DNA from: an uncultured Bacillota bacterium
Lineage (GTDB): Bacteria > Bacillota_I > Bacilli_A > RFN20 > CAG-288
Assembly (NCBI GenBank): GCA_949290645.1
Contig: CASESG010000004.1
Span: 10,821-74,820 of the forward strand
Length of the DNA stretch: 64,000 nucleotides
Direction: 5' to 3'
Part shown: positions 54,604 through 64,000 of the stretch, one piece after another
How the letters are laid out: each line of letters opens with the position of its first letter
How positions within the stretch are numbered: position 1 is the first letter of the stretch
Notes under the pieces: generated by a model
Told to the model about the DNA's origin: nothing
Database searches by the model: none
What the model saw: the letters and a program-made list of their open reading frames with translations, nothing else
Translations under genes and position numbers: made by a program

Positions 54604-54995
54604 AGTTTTAGACAGTTTCAAAGAAAAGAAGCAGCTTCACTTTTCATCCTCTCGTTCAATTGGAGACAATCGGATGCCACATTACAAACGTTTCTTGATT
54701 TATTATTAAAAATGTATAAATGGTTTTTCATTTTTTATTTTAGCTTTTATGTTGTCCAAAGCCTGTGTTCAACAACTTGCAGCGATTGAATATCCTTTGT
54801 TTTTTTGAGCTCTGATCAATTCACTACGTCTTACGTCCTGCCCATAGCAAAAGATATTCCAAGGCTTTTCCTAAGAGCAAAAAACATGTGTTCATATTTA
54901 GAATGAGAAACACATTTATAATTAGATGAAAACTATAGAAATTATATATATAAATATATATAATTAAAGGTGTTGCTGCTTCAAAGGAGACCGCT

Positions 54996-55217
54996 ATGAA
55001 CGAGACAAAAATAGTGATTCGCATCCGCGGAGACTTCATCACGCTCGGGCAATTCCTCAAGAAGGTCGATCTGATCCAGACCGGAGGAGAGGAGAAGCCT
55101 TATCTTGCGATGCACGACGTCTTCATCAACGGTGAGAAGGACATCCGCAGAGGTCGCAAGATCCGCCCGGGAGATATCGTCCAAACGGAAGACAAGACCT
55201 ACGAGATATGTTCGTAA
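54996..55217 (+). CDS. yaaA: S4-domain RNA-binding protein YaaA
   Basis: 73 aa with an S4-like fold sequence (ITLGQFLKKVDLIQTGGEEK...INGEKDIRRGRKIRPGD). Occupies the canonical position immediately upstream of, and overlapping, recF. Confidence 0.8.
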   Translation: MNETKIVIRIRGDFITLGQFLKKVDLIQTGGEEKPYLAMHDVFINGEKDIRRGRKIRPGDIVQTEDKTYEICS

Positions 55218-56296
55218 AGAAACTCGTCCTCCATCACTTCCGCTCCTATCCGGAACTGGACGTCTCCTTCCCGGAGAGAGGAATCTATATCACCGGGGAA
55301 AACGGGAAAGGAAAGACCAATCTCCTCGAAGCCATCGACTATCTCGCCCTGGGAAGAAGCTTCCGCAGGGTCGAGGATCAAGAGCTGATCTCAAACGGCG
55401 AGAAGGAAGCTTCCATCTATCTGGAATACCACGATGAATCCGACGGAAAGGATCACGTCCTCTCCTGTCTGATCGGGCAAGGATACAAGGCGATGGAGAA
55501 GGATGGGGAGAAGCTCAAGACCCTCTCCAAGATGCTGGGAAGTCTCCTCTCCGTCCACTACGATCCCTCCTTGGTCTTCTTCTTCAAGGAAGAGCCGATG
55601 GAAAGAAGAAAGTTCCTCGACGAAGTCCTCAGCCAGGTCGATTCGAAATATCTCTACGCTCTCTCTCGCTACAAGAAACTGCTCAAGGAGCGGAACACGG
55701 CCCTGGCCAAGGATTATGACCTGGATGTCCTCAACGTCCTCAAGGAACAGCTGATCGTACTCTCCTATCGCCTCGTCCAGGAGCGGAAGAGATTGATCCA
55801 GGTCCTCTCCTCCCGGATGGAGAGCTACTACCAGAAGCTCTTCGGCGACGAGAAGGAAATCCATCTGCTCTACAAGACCACTTGCTCCCTCGAGGATTCC
55901 CAGGAGAGCTACGTCCAGGAGATGCGAAAGCTCTTCGACAGCAACCGCTCCGCCGAGAACCTCAGGAAGACCACCCTCATCGGACCCCACAGGGACAACC
56001 TGCTCTCCTTCCTGGAAGGGAAGGATATCGCCCTTCAGGGAAGCCAGGGAGAAAACCGCCTCGCCTCCCTCGCCCTGCGCCTGGCCCTGAGAGAGTTCTT
56101 CCAGGAGAAGAAAGGAAAAGGACCGTTGCTTCTTCTCGACGACGTCACGTCCGACCTCGACGAGAAGAGAGCCGAGAACCTGCTCTCCCTGATCAAGGAC
56201 AAGGGACAGGTCTTCGTGACCGGGACGCAAATTCGCAAAGGCTACGATGCCTTCGATACGTATATCTGCCAAGACAACACCTTACGGAGGAAATGA
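55208..56296 (+). CDS. recF: DNA replication/repair protein RecF
   Basis: Walker A GENGKGKTNLLEAI, signature region, and Walker B LLLDDVTSDLD. 362 aa. Confidence 0.9.
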   Translation: MFVKKLVLHHFRSYPELDVSFPERGIYITGENGKGKTNLLEAIDYLALGRSFRRVEDQELISNGEKEASIYLEYHDESDGKDHVLSCLIGQGYKAMEKDGEKLKTLSKMLGSLLSVHYDPSLVFFFKEEPMERRKFLDEVLSQVDSKYLYALSRYKKLLKERNTALAKDYDLDVLNVLKEQLIVLSYRLVQERKRLIQVLSSRMESYYQKLFGDEKEIHLLYKTTCSLEDSQESYVQEMRKLFDSNRSAENLRKTTLIGPHRDNLLSFLEGKDIALQGSQGENRLASLALRLALREFFQEKKGKGPLLLLDDVTSDLDEKRAENLLSLIKDKGQVFVTGTQIRKGYDAFDTYICQDNTLRRK

Positions 56297-56297
56297 C

Positions 56298-58460
56298 ATG
56301 ACCGAAGAAGAGAAGAGAAAACAGCTCGACGAACTGACCGAGAAACAGAGGAAGAAGGTCGAGCAGGTCGCCCAGGCCGAAAGCAAGCAACCCCAGCCCC
56401 AGAAGAAGGTCGAGAAGGCCGTCGAGGAAAGTTTCGAGGAGGAACACGTCGAACACTCCGCCCTCGACGAGAAGCAGGAAGAGAAAGCCCTCAAGGCCAA
56501 GGAAGAGTACACCGGAAAGGACATCGAAGTCCTCCAGGGCCTCGAGGCCGTGCGGATGCGTCCGGGCATGTACATCGGAACGACTTCCAGCCGCGGCCTT
56601 CACCACCTTGTCCGAGAAGCGGTCGACAACGGCGTCGACGAGGCCATGGCCGGCTTCTGCAAGCACATCCGCGTCACCATCCTCCCCGGGACGAAGGAGA
56701 ACCCAATCAACCGCCTGCGGGTCGAGGATGACGGAAGAGGCATCCCCTGCGACAAGAACGCCCAGACCGGACTCTCGACCGTCGAGACGGTCTACACCGT
56801 CCTCCACGCCGGCGGAAAGTTCAACGACAAGACCGGATACAAGATCTCCGGCGGTCTCCATGGCGTCGGCGTCAAGGCCGTCAACGCCCTTTCCACCTAT
56901 GTCGAAGTCACCGTCTACCGCGACGGCAAGATCCATCGCATCCGCTTCGAGAACGGCGGACACACCATCGCTCCCGGACTGGAAGTGATTGGCGAGTGCC
57001 CGGAGGAAAAGACCGGAACGACGGTCGAATTCACTCCCGACCCCACCATCTTCCGCGAGACCACGACCTTCGACTACAACACCATCAAGACCTATCTCCG
57101 CCAGACCGCCTATCTGACCAAGGGAGTCGACATCGTCCTGGAAGACCTCCGCGACAAGGACAACATCCTCCGCTCCCACTACTGCTTCGCCGGAGGCATC
57201 AAGGAATACGTCGAATACATCAACCAGGAGAAGGAGAAGGTCTTCGAGGCCGTCCCCTACGTCATCGGAGAAGCCACCGTCCCCATGGGCGAGGAATCGA
57301 CGACCATAATCGTCGAATGCGCCATGCAACCGACAAAAGGCGGATTGCTCTCGATGAATTCCTTCTGCAACAACATCCGCACCAGTGGCGGAGGAACGCA
57401 CGAGGAAGGTTTCCGCCTGGCCATCGGAAGAGAGCTCAACAACTACTTCCGCACCAAGGGTTGGCTCAAGGAAAATGACAGCAACTTCAAGTCCGAGGAC
57501 TGCCTGGAGGGATTGACCGTCGTCATCTCCATCAAGCACTCCAACCCGCAGTACGAAGGACAGGTCAAGGATAAGCTCGGAAACGACGAGGTGAGAAAGG
57601 TCGTCTCCTCCATCGTCGGCGACTACCTCAAGGAATGGCTGATGGAAAACCCCAAGGAAGGAAAGGCCTGGTATGACCGAGTCGTCCTGGCCTTCAAGTC
57701 CAGAAGGGCCGCGGAAAACGCCAGAGCCAAGATCCAGGGCAAACTCTCCATCGGAGCCGGCATGCCCGACAAGCTCACCGACTGCATCTCCAAGGACCCC
57801 AAGGAGAGAGAGCTCTTCATCGTCGAGGGTAACTCCGCCGGAGGCTCCGCCGTCCAGGGAAGAGATGCCCGCACGCAAGCCGTCCTCCCCCTGAGAGGAA
57901 AGATCCTCAACGTCGAGAAGGCTCCGGCGACCCGCATCGAGAAGAACGCCGAGATCTACAACCTCGTCACGGCCATCGGCGCCGGACAGGGAGAGAGCTT
58001 CGACGTCTCCAAGATCCGCTACGACAAGGTCATCATCATGACCGATGCCGATGTCGACGGCAGCCACATCCGCATCCTTCTGATGACCTTCTTCTATCGC
58101 TTCATGCGCCCTCTGGTCGAGACCGGTCACCTCTACATCGCCCAGCCTCCTCTCTACCGCGTCGCCTACCAGGGCCATTACTACTACGCCTTCAACGACG
58201 AGGAGCTCGAGGTCATCAAGTCCAAGCTTCCCCAAAACGCCCGCTACGGACTGCAACGTTACAAAGGCTTGGGTGAAATGGATGCCGAACAACTCGATTC
58301 CACCACGATGGACAAGAACCATCGAAGGATGTATCAAGTCACGATCGACGATGCCCAGGAAGCCAACGATGCCCTGATCGATCTGATGGGCGAGAACGTC
58401 GATCCGAGAAAAGACTACATCACCGCCAACGCCAAGTTCGTCAAGAACCTGGACATCTAA
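56298..58460 (+). CDS. gyrB: DNA gyrase subunit B (with a roughly 63-aa charged N-terminal extension)
   Basis: GGAGG RBS. ATG 56298 is 2 nt after the recF TGA. Motifs: LEAVRMRPGMYIG, EGNSAGGSA, PLRGKILNVEKA, IMTDADVDGSHI. Confidence 0.95.
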   Translation: MTEEEKRKQLDELTEKQRKKVEQVAQAESKQPQPQKKVEKAVEESFEEEHVEHSALDEKQEEKALKAKEEYTGKDIEVLQGLEAVRMRPGMYIGTTSSRGLHHLVREAVDNGVDEAMAGFCKHIRVTILPGTKENPINRLRVEDDGRGIPCDKNAQTGLSTVETVYTVLHAGGKFNDKTGYKISGGLHGVGVKAVNALSTYVEVTVYRDGKIHRIRFENGGHTIAPGLEVIGECPEEKTGTTVEFTPDPTIFRETTTFDYNTIKTYLRQTAYLTKGVDIVLEDLRDKDNILRSHYCFAGGIKEYVEYINQEKEKVFEAVPYVIGEATVPMGEESTTIIVECAMQPTKGGLLSMNSFCNNIRTSGGGTHEEGFRLAIGRELNNYFRTKGWLKENDSNFKSEDCLEGLTVVISIKHSNPQYEGQVKDKLGNDEVRKVVSSIVGDYLKEWLMENPKEGKAWYDRVVLAFKSRRAAENARAKIQGKLSIGAGMPDKLTDCISKDPKERELFIVEGNSAGGSAVQGRDARTQAVLPLRGKILNVEKAPATRIEKNAEIYNLVTAIGAGQGESFDVSKIRYDKVIIMTDADVDGSHIRILLMTFFYRFMRPLVETGHLYIAQPPLYRVAYQGHYYYAFNDEELEVIKSKLPQNARYGLQRYKGLGEMDAEQLDSTTMDKNHRRMYQVTIDDAQEANDALIDLMGENVDPRKDYITANAKFVKNLDI

Positions 58461-58472
58461 GGAGGAAGAATC

Positions 58473-61073
58473 ATGGCTGACAACGAACAAGAGATCACGA
58501 AGGTCGGAAAAGGCATCGAGGGCTTGCAGGAAGGCATCGTCGCCGGAACCGAACCCGACGACTTCGCCAAGGAGATCAAGAATTCCTTCCTCGACTATGC
58601 CGTCTCGACCCTGACAAGCCGTGCCATCCCCGATGCCAGGGACGGCCTCAAGCCGGTTCAGAGAAGAATCATCTACGACATGTATTGGGACCTGGGAGTC
58701 ACTCCCGACAAGCCCTTCAAGAAATCCGCCCGTGTCGTCGGCGACGTCATGGGAAAATATCACCCGCACGGAGACTCCGCCATCTACATGGCCATGGCCC
58801 GTCTGGCCCAGGATTTCGCCATGCGTTACACCCTCGTCCAGGGACATGGTAACTTCGGCTCTCCCGATGGCGACGAACCGGCTGCGTCCCGTTACACCGA
58901 GGCCCGCCTTTCCAAGATCGCCCTGGAGATGACAAGGGACATCGAGAAGGACACCGTCCCCTTCATGGACACCTACGACTCCGAAGGCAAGGAACCGATT
59001 GTCCTTCCCTCCCGCATCCCCAACCTTCTCTGCAACGAATCTTCCGGCATCGCCGTCGGCATGGCCACCTCCATCCCTCCCCACAACCTGAGGGAGACCA
59101 TCTCCGGCATCCAGGAAGTCATCCGCAACCCCGAGATCACCACCGAGGGATTGATGGAGATCATCAAGGGACCCGACTTCCCTGGAGGCGGCGTCATCTT
59201 GGGACGTTCGGGCATCAAGCGCTACTTCGAGACCGGCAGGGGATCGGTCAAGGTCCAGGGAAAGTACGAGATCCAGGACAAGGACGGCCATCAGGAAATC
59301 GTCTTCTCCGAGCTTCCCTACATGGTCAACAAGAGGGATCTCTACAAGAAGATCGTCGACCTGGTCGATGACAAGCAGATCGACGGCATCGCCTCCTGCG
59401 CCGACTACTCCTCCAAGAAGATGGGAACGCACTTCGTCATCGTCCTGAAGAAGAACGCCAATGCCGAGCTTGTCCTCAACCACCTCTTCCGCATGACAAA
59501 CCTGAGGACCTCCTTTGCCGTCAACATGCTCGCCTTGGACAACGGAACGCCCAAGGTCCTCTCCATGCGCCAGGCCATCGACATCTACATCAAGTTCCAG
59601 GAAGAGGTCATCACCAAGAGGACAAACTACAACCTCAAGAAGGCCAAAGACCGCATCCACATCCTGGAAGGCTTCCTCTTCATCGCCGATGCCATCGACG
59701 AGACCATCCGCATCATCCGCTCCTCGGAGACGGACGAGGAAGTCATCGCCAGGCTCAACGAGCGCTTCGGGCTGGACGAGATTCAGTCGAGAAGCATCCT
59801 CGACATGCAGCTCAAGCGCCTCAAGAAGCTCGACCAGAAGAAGTATGCCGACGAGAAGCTTGCGCTGGAGAAGGATTGCGAGCTCTACAACAGCATCCTG
59901 ACCGACAAGACCGTGCTCGAGAAGACCCTCATCGACGAGCTCGAGGAGATCAAGAAGGCCTATGGAGACGACCGCAGGACCGAGATCACCGATTTCGACG
60001 CCAGCGAGAGCGACGAGGACCTCATCCCCGACAAGGAAGTCCTGATCATCCTGACCAAGGGCGGATACATCAAGCGCATCGATCCCAGCGAGTTCAAGGT
60101 CCAGAACCGCGGCGGAGTCGGAGTCCAAGGAATGAAGACCAAGGACGATGACGATGTCGACATCCTGCGCCACACCCGGACCAAGACCGACGTCCTCTTC
60201 TTCACCGACTTCGGCAAGGTCTATCGCTGCCGCGGCTATCAGATCCAGGAAGGAAGCCGGACCTCCAAGGGCATCCCCATCATCAACTTCTTGCGCCTGG
60301 ACAAGGACGAGAAAGTCACCTCGATTGTCTCGATGGACGACTATTCCGAGAATTCCTATCTCTTCTTCGCCACGAAAGATGGCGTCGTCAAGCGCTCCAG
60401 CGCGACCGAGTTCAAGAACATCATGTCTAACGGCAAGATCGCCATCTCCCTCCGCGAAGGAGACCGCTTGATCGATGTCAAGCACACCGACGGGACGGCC
60501 CTTGTCTCCTTGGGCTCCTCCGAAGGAAAAGTCTGCACCTTCCCAGAGTCGGAAGTCCGCTCGATGGGAAGGACGGCCACCGGCGTCAAGGGCATGGATC
60601 TCCCTGAGGGAGAGCATGTCGTGGGTGTCGTCACGACCCTTGAGGGAGACAAGATCTTCTCCCTCTCGGCCAACGGCTACGGAAAGATCACGCCCATCAG
60701 CGAATACCGCGTCACCGCCCGTGGCTCCAAGGGCGTCAAGACGATGAAGGTCGCCGACAAGAACGGCTCCCTGATCGCCATCAAGACCGTCAAGGGAGAT
60801 GAGGACATCCTGATCATCACAGATCACGGAACGACGATCCGCACCACCCTCACCCAGGTCAGCAACATGTCAAGGAACACGATCGGCGTCAAAATCATCA
60901 CCCTGAGGGACAAGGAGAGCATCTCCTCTTGCTCCATCGAGCCAAGCGCAAGCGACTACGAGGCCAAGGACGATCCGTCCCTGGACAAGGAACCGGAGGA
61001 GAACAAGGACGAAGCCCTGGAAGAACTGCTCCGGCGTGCGGAAAAAGAACAAGACGACTCCGACGGCGAATGA
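58473..61073 (+). CDS. gyrA: DNA gyrase subunit A
   Basis: [28 protein letters not shown] (QRDR), active-site [10 protein letters not shown], six beta-pinwheel blades, and an acidic tail. Confidence 0.95.
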   Translation: MADNEQEITKVGKGIEGLQEGIVAGTEPDDFAKEIKNSFLDYAVSTLTSRAIPDARDGLKPVQRRIIYDMYWDLGVTPDKPFKKSARVVGDVMGKYHPHGDSAIYMAMARLAQDFAMRYTLVQGHGNFGSPDGDEPAASRYTEARLSKIALEMTRDIEKDTVPFMDTYDSEGKEPIVLPSRIPNLLCNESSGIAVGMATSIPPHNLRETISGIQEVIRNPEITTEGLMEIIKGPDFPGGGVILGRSGIKRYFETGRGSVKVQGKYEIQDKDGHQEIVFSELPYMVNKRDLYKKIVDLVDDKQIDGIASCADYSSKKMGTHFVIVLKKNANAELVLNHLFRMTNLRTSFAVNMLALDNGTPKVLSMRQAIDIYIKFQEEVITKRTNYNLKKAKDRIHILEGFLFIADAIDETIRIIRSSETDEEVIARLNERFGLDEIQSRSILDMQLKRLKKLDQKKYADEKLALEKDCELYNSILTDKTVLEKTLIDELEEIKKAYGDDRRTEITDFDASESDEDLIPDKEVLIILTKGGYIKRIDPSEFKVQNRGGVGVQGMKTKDDDDVDILRHTRTKTDVLFFTDFGKVYRCRGYQIQEGSRTSKGIPIINFLRLDKDEKVTSIVSMDDYSENSYLFFATKDGVVKRSSATEFKNIMSNGKIAISLREGDRLIDVKHTDGTALVSLGSSEGKVCTFPESEVRSMGRTATGVKGMDLPEGEHVVGVVTTLEGDKIFSLSANGYGKITPISEYRVTARGSKGVKTMKVADKNGSLIAIKTVKGDEDILIITDHGTTIRTTLTQVSNMSRNTIGVKIITLRDKESISSCSIEPSASDYEAKDDPSLDKEPEENKDEALEELLRRAEKEQDDSDGE

Positions 61074-61109
61074 TGTTGCTATAATGTTTTCTGCCATATC
61101 AAGGAAGGA

Positions 61110-62435
61110 GTGACAAACATGCTCGATGTGAAATACGTGATCGACCATCTCGAGGAAGTCATCAAGAGACTTGAGACCAGAACCGGAGACTATTCCTACC
61201 TGAGGGAACTCCCGATGCTGGAGCAGAGAAGAAAGGATGCCATCCTCGGAGCCGACAAGCTCAAGGCCGAGAGAAACAGCCAGTCCAAGGAGATCGGAAA
61301 GCTCAAGGCCCAGAAGAAGGACAAGGAAGCGGAAGAGCTCCTCTCCAAGCTCAACTTCGACAAGGAGGAGATCGCCCGCCTGGACAAGGAGAAGGACAAG
61401 GCCGAGGAAGAGATCCACGAGATGATGCTCAAGACCCCGAACCTCCCCGATGCCTCGCTCCCGATCGGAATCGACGACACCTTCAACCGCGTCGAGAAGT
61501 ACGTCGGAGAGAAGACCACCTTCGCCTTCAAGCCCATGGCTCACTGGGACTTGGGAGTGAAGCTCGGATACTTCGACTTCGACCGCGCAGCCAAGGTCTC
61601 CGGCACCCGCTTCACCTTCTACCTTGGCGCCTTCGCAAGGCTGGAGAGATCTCTGGCCGCCTTCATGCTCGACACCCATACCAAGAACGGATATACGGAA
61701 GTCCTGCCCCCCTACATGGTCAACACCGCATCCCTGACCGGTTCCGGCCAGCTTCCGAAGTTCGCCGACCAGGCCTACAACACCACTCCCGGCGATTTCT
61801 GGATGATCCCGACCGCCGAAGTCCCGGTCACCAACTACTACCGCGACGAGATCCTCTCCGCCGATGACCTGCCCAAGTGGTTCTGCGCCTATTCCTCTTG
61901 CTTCCGTGCCGAAGCCGGTGCAGCCGGAAGAGACACCAGGGGCATCATCCGTCAGCACCAGTTCCAGAAGGTCGAGCTGGTCAAGTACTGCCTCCCCGAG
62001 AAATCCTTCGAGGAGCTGGAGAGCCTGACCGAAGAAGCCGAAAAGATCCTCGAGCTGCTCAAGCTCCCCTATCGCCGCGTCTGCCTCTCCACCGGAGATG
62101 TCGGCTTCTCCTCCGCCAAGACCTACGACCTCGAGGTCTGGATGCCTTCCTACAACGACTATGAGGAGAAGGACGGAGTCTTCGTCCCCACGACCAACAA
62201 CTACAAGGAGATCTCCTCCTGCTCCAACGACACCGATTATCAGGCGAGAAGAATGAACATCCGCTTCAAGAGGACCAAGGACAGCAAGACCGAATACGTC
62301 CACATGCTCAACGGATCCGGCTTGGCCGTCGGAAGAACCGTCGCCGCCGTCATCGAGAACTACCAGAACGCCGATGGCACCATCACCGTCCCGGAAGTCC
62401 TTCGCCCCTACATGGGAACGGACATCATCAAGTAA
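61110..62435 (+). CDS. serS: Serine--tRNA ligase
   Basis: N-terminal coiled coil, class II motif 2 [21 protein letters not shown], and motif 3 GSGLAVGRT. Confidence 0.95.
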   Translation: MTNMLDVKYVIDHLEEVIKRLETRTGDYSYLRELPMLEQRRKDAILGADKLKAERNSQSKEIGKLKAQKKDKEAEELLSKLNFDKEEIARLDKEKDKAEEEIHEMMLKTPNLPDASLPIGIDDTFNRVEKYVGEKTTFAFKPMAHWDLGVKLGYFDFDRAAKVSGTRFTFYLGAFARLERSLAAFMLDTHTKNGYTEVLPPYMVNTASLTGSGQLPKFADQAYNTTPGDFWMIPTAEVPVTNYYRDEILSADDLPKWFCAYSSCFRAEAGAAGRDTRGIIRQHQFQKVELVKYCLPEKSFEELESLTEEAEKILELLKLPYRRVCLSTGDVGFSSAKTYDLEVWMPSYNDYEEKDGVFVPTTNNYKEISSCSNDTDYQARRMNIRFKRTKDSKTEYVHMLNGSGLAVGRTVAAVIENYQNADGTITVPEVLRPYMGTDIIK

Positions 62436-62443
62436 GCAATCAA

Positions 62444-62476
62444 AAAACTGCCTAGGACACACCAGGCAGTTTTTCT
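62444..62476 (+). terminator. Rho-independent terminator after serS
   Basis: AAAAACTGCCT-aggacacacc-AGGCAGTTTTT hairpin with a T-run. Confidence 0.75.
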
Positions 62477-62642
62477 TTTGTCAATAAGTTGTTTCGATAA
62501 AAATTCCAATCCATCATATGATGGCATTATTGTGTTTTTGTGGCATTACAAAAAAAGCAAATCCGATGACATGAAAAAAATCGGACCATATTGCAATTGC
62601 TATTTCATTAACTTTCAAAAAAGAAATGAATCGGTCTTCTTT

Positions 62643-62774
62643 CGTTCATTTGTCTTTCAATGGATGAAGCATGCACACGTAACATTCGAAACAGAGCACT
62701 TTTTCTAGAGTCTCGCTCCGAAATCCTTCTTTTCTTGCTAGCGCGACAATCTCATGTTTCTGAAAATTGAACAT
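62643..62774 (-). pseudogene. Truncated AbiEii-like (nucleotidyltransferase toxin) remnant, 43 codons
   Basis: AAGGAG RBS. ATG 62774 is 4 nt after the AbiEi-like stop. MFNFQKHEIVALARKEGFRSETLEKV... resembles the AbiEii N-terminus, then terminates early. Nothing longer fits before the serS terminator. Confidence 0.35.
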
Positions 62775-62778
62775 TCGA

Positions 62779-63426
62779 TTACTCCTTGCGGATTAAACAA
62801 CCCAAATCTTTCGGAATGAACATTTTCCATTCCGAACTATAGGTAAGGGCTTCTTTGTTTTTTCCAAAATACCCTTTTACGGAATCAGACACCTCATGAC
62901 ATTTTTCAAAGAAAGAGTGTGGTATGTTAAATTTTTCTTTGAATAAGGACATGATCACGCCAATTTTTTTGTAAAGAATCTTCGACCCGAGTTCTTCCAT
63001 ATAACTGAGGAGGACCTTTGACGAAACGTATGGAAGCATATCGATTGAAGCCAACGTCTCTTCCAATTCACAATACTTTTCCGAATCTTTGATGCAATCA
63101 ACAATGGTACGTTCAATCGATGCGACGCGCACACCAAGGATTGAATCAACATAGTTGTCCGTTGCTACTTTGATTAAAGAAAAGTGATTTCCCTCAAAAT
63201 CAAAATCATTGAACTTGGAAAGTGACGAAACATTGACATAACGATAGACCTGATTGTAATACCCATAAAATTCCAAAGCCGAATGGTGAGAGACGAAAGA
63301 AGTGTCGGTGATGTTCGAGGCAATCAAAAACTTGTCCACGGCGCATTCCTCAGTCTCTGGACTGACAAACCCATACAAGTCACGATTGATACGCTTGATA
63401 TAGCCCTTTTCAAGGTAATTTTGCAA
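62779..63426 (-). CDS. AbiEi-like (type IV TA antitoxin/transcriptional regulator) protein, N-terminus uncertain
   Basis: ...LQNYLEKGYIKRINRDLYGF (wHTH end), then a C-terminal AbiEi_4-like region. The frame is open upstream to 63489 (FNYHDFISIVGNNDYNLAKTT) with no ATG. AT-rich, non-host codon usage. Confidence 0.5.
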   Translation of the reverse strand: MQNYLEKGYIKRINRDLYGFVSPETEECAVDKFLIASNITDTSFVSHHSALEFYGYYNQVYRYVNVSSLSKFNDFDFEGNHFSLIKVATDNYVDSILGVRVASIERTIVDCIKDSEKYCELEETLASIDMLPYVSSKVLLSYMEELGSKILYKKIGVIMSLFKEKFNIPHSFFEKCHEVSDSVKGYFGKNKEALTYSSEWKMFIPKDLGCLIRKE

Positions 63427-63803
63427 AGTGGTTTTTGCTAAATTATAGTCGTTATTACCAACAATACTTATGAAATCATGATAGTTAAATTATTTTTTTC
63501 TTTGCCGTTTCTTTCAAATATTTCATCTTTATCACCAATATGTTTATATCGGATGTATGATAGTAAAAACAATATTTAAGGTTAAATAATCTCTCTGTAT
63601 TACAAAAAAACTATAACGCAGAGAATTTATTTAACCTTTTGCCCGTGAGATATTCTTCCTTTTCGAAAGAAAAAATATCCTTCTTTCATCAAACTGCGTT
63701 GCTATTTTTCAACAGGGATATGTGTTTTCTTTTTTGAGTTTTATACAAATCTCAAGTTGAACTTGATAAAATACTAACTTATAATAAATTTGAGGTTTGA
63801 GCA

Positions 63804-64000
63804 ATGATCGAAAGAACAATCAAGAAACAAATCGTGACTGCCATCCAAAACAAACCCGTAACTCTCATCACTGGCGCTCGACAGGTCGGTAAATCGACAC
63901 TTTGCTATCAGCTCAAGAAAGAGTTGGGTTTCAATTATGTTTCCTTGGATGACATTCGCCTGAGAGAACAGGCAACAAGCGATCCAGAACTATTTTTACA
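63804..64000 (+). CDS. AAA+ ATPase (AAA_14/DUF4143-type), 5' part, runs off window
   Basis: MIERTIKKQIVTAIQNKPVTLITGARQVGKSTL (Walker A) ...ATSDPELFL is the typical N-terminus of the DUF4143 ATPase family. Confidence 0.7.
   Translation, partial: MIERTIKKQIVTAIQNKPVTLITGARQVGKSTLCYQLKKELGFNYVSLDDIRLREQATSDPELFL

Noticed and set aside
54610-54995. AT-rich spacers (54610-54995 and 50500-51370) considered as oriC with DnaA boxes.
   Set aside because: No cluster of TTATCCACA-like 9-mers was found. The nearest matches (TTGTCCAAA, TGTGTTCAA, ATAATCCACG at 54000) have 2-3 mismatches and are isolated. The strand-switch argument is kept as a separate low-confidence finding.

Overview
This is a 64-kb bacterial window. 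Gene content looks Firmicutes-like (Erysipelotrichia or a Mollicutes relative?), but the taxon cannot be fixed from sequence alone. Genetic code is standard: TGA, TAA and TAG all terminate conserved genes. Codon usage strongly favours C/G-ending codons, so TTA, CTA and TCA are rare. As a result, almost every real gene is mirrored by a long spurious ORF in the codon-aligned antisense frame. The ORF track also translates GTG/TTG starts as M and often over-extends N-termini, so starts were re-picked from RBSs, stop/start overlaps and protein N-termini.

Housekeeping content:
- HD hydrolase, DUF523 protein, dus, and fruR-fruK.
- A DnaQ-like exonuclease and a HAD hydrolase.
- A P2-type Ca/Mn ATPase preceded by a probable yybP-ykoY (Mn) riboswitch.
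- PFOR (nifJ) and a P1B heavy-metal ATPase with an upstream dyad operator.
- The origin-proximal block yaaA-recF-gyrB-gyrA-serS, but with no dnaA-dnaN.

Main candidate for something new: a roughly 20-kb minus-strand operon of 15 genes (30109-50445), chained by ATGA/GTGA stop-start overlaps. It contains:
- An archaeal/SipW-type signal peptidase.
- Six proteins with a private N-terminal motif, basic region - hydrophobic helix - G[FY][SA][TS][WF][VI][IV], reminiscent of the TasA 'GGTWA' SipW-cognate signal.
- A membrane-anchored McrB-family AAA+ protein with a Zn-ribbon partner that shows no nuclease motif.
- An ABC exporter, an Lgt paralog, two repeat-rich lipoproteins, and a beta-helix protein.
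- Two homopolymeric G tracts. One sits in a 5' coding region and is currently out of frame.
- One large gene with a foreign, AT-rich core.

Second unexplained operon (10804-20723): cobB, two Cys-rich small proteins, an M6-like metalloprotease lipoprotein, and two roughly 1,100-aa domain-less paralogs.

Smaller items:
- A type-I toxin-like 36-codon ORF with two homologous candidate sRNAs.
- Decayed accessory genes: DUF234 ATPase, RhuM, an AbiE pair, and others.

No rRNA, tRNA, CRISPR array, transposase or integrase was recognised.

All functional calls rest on motif recognition by eye. No database search was possible.
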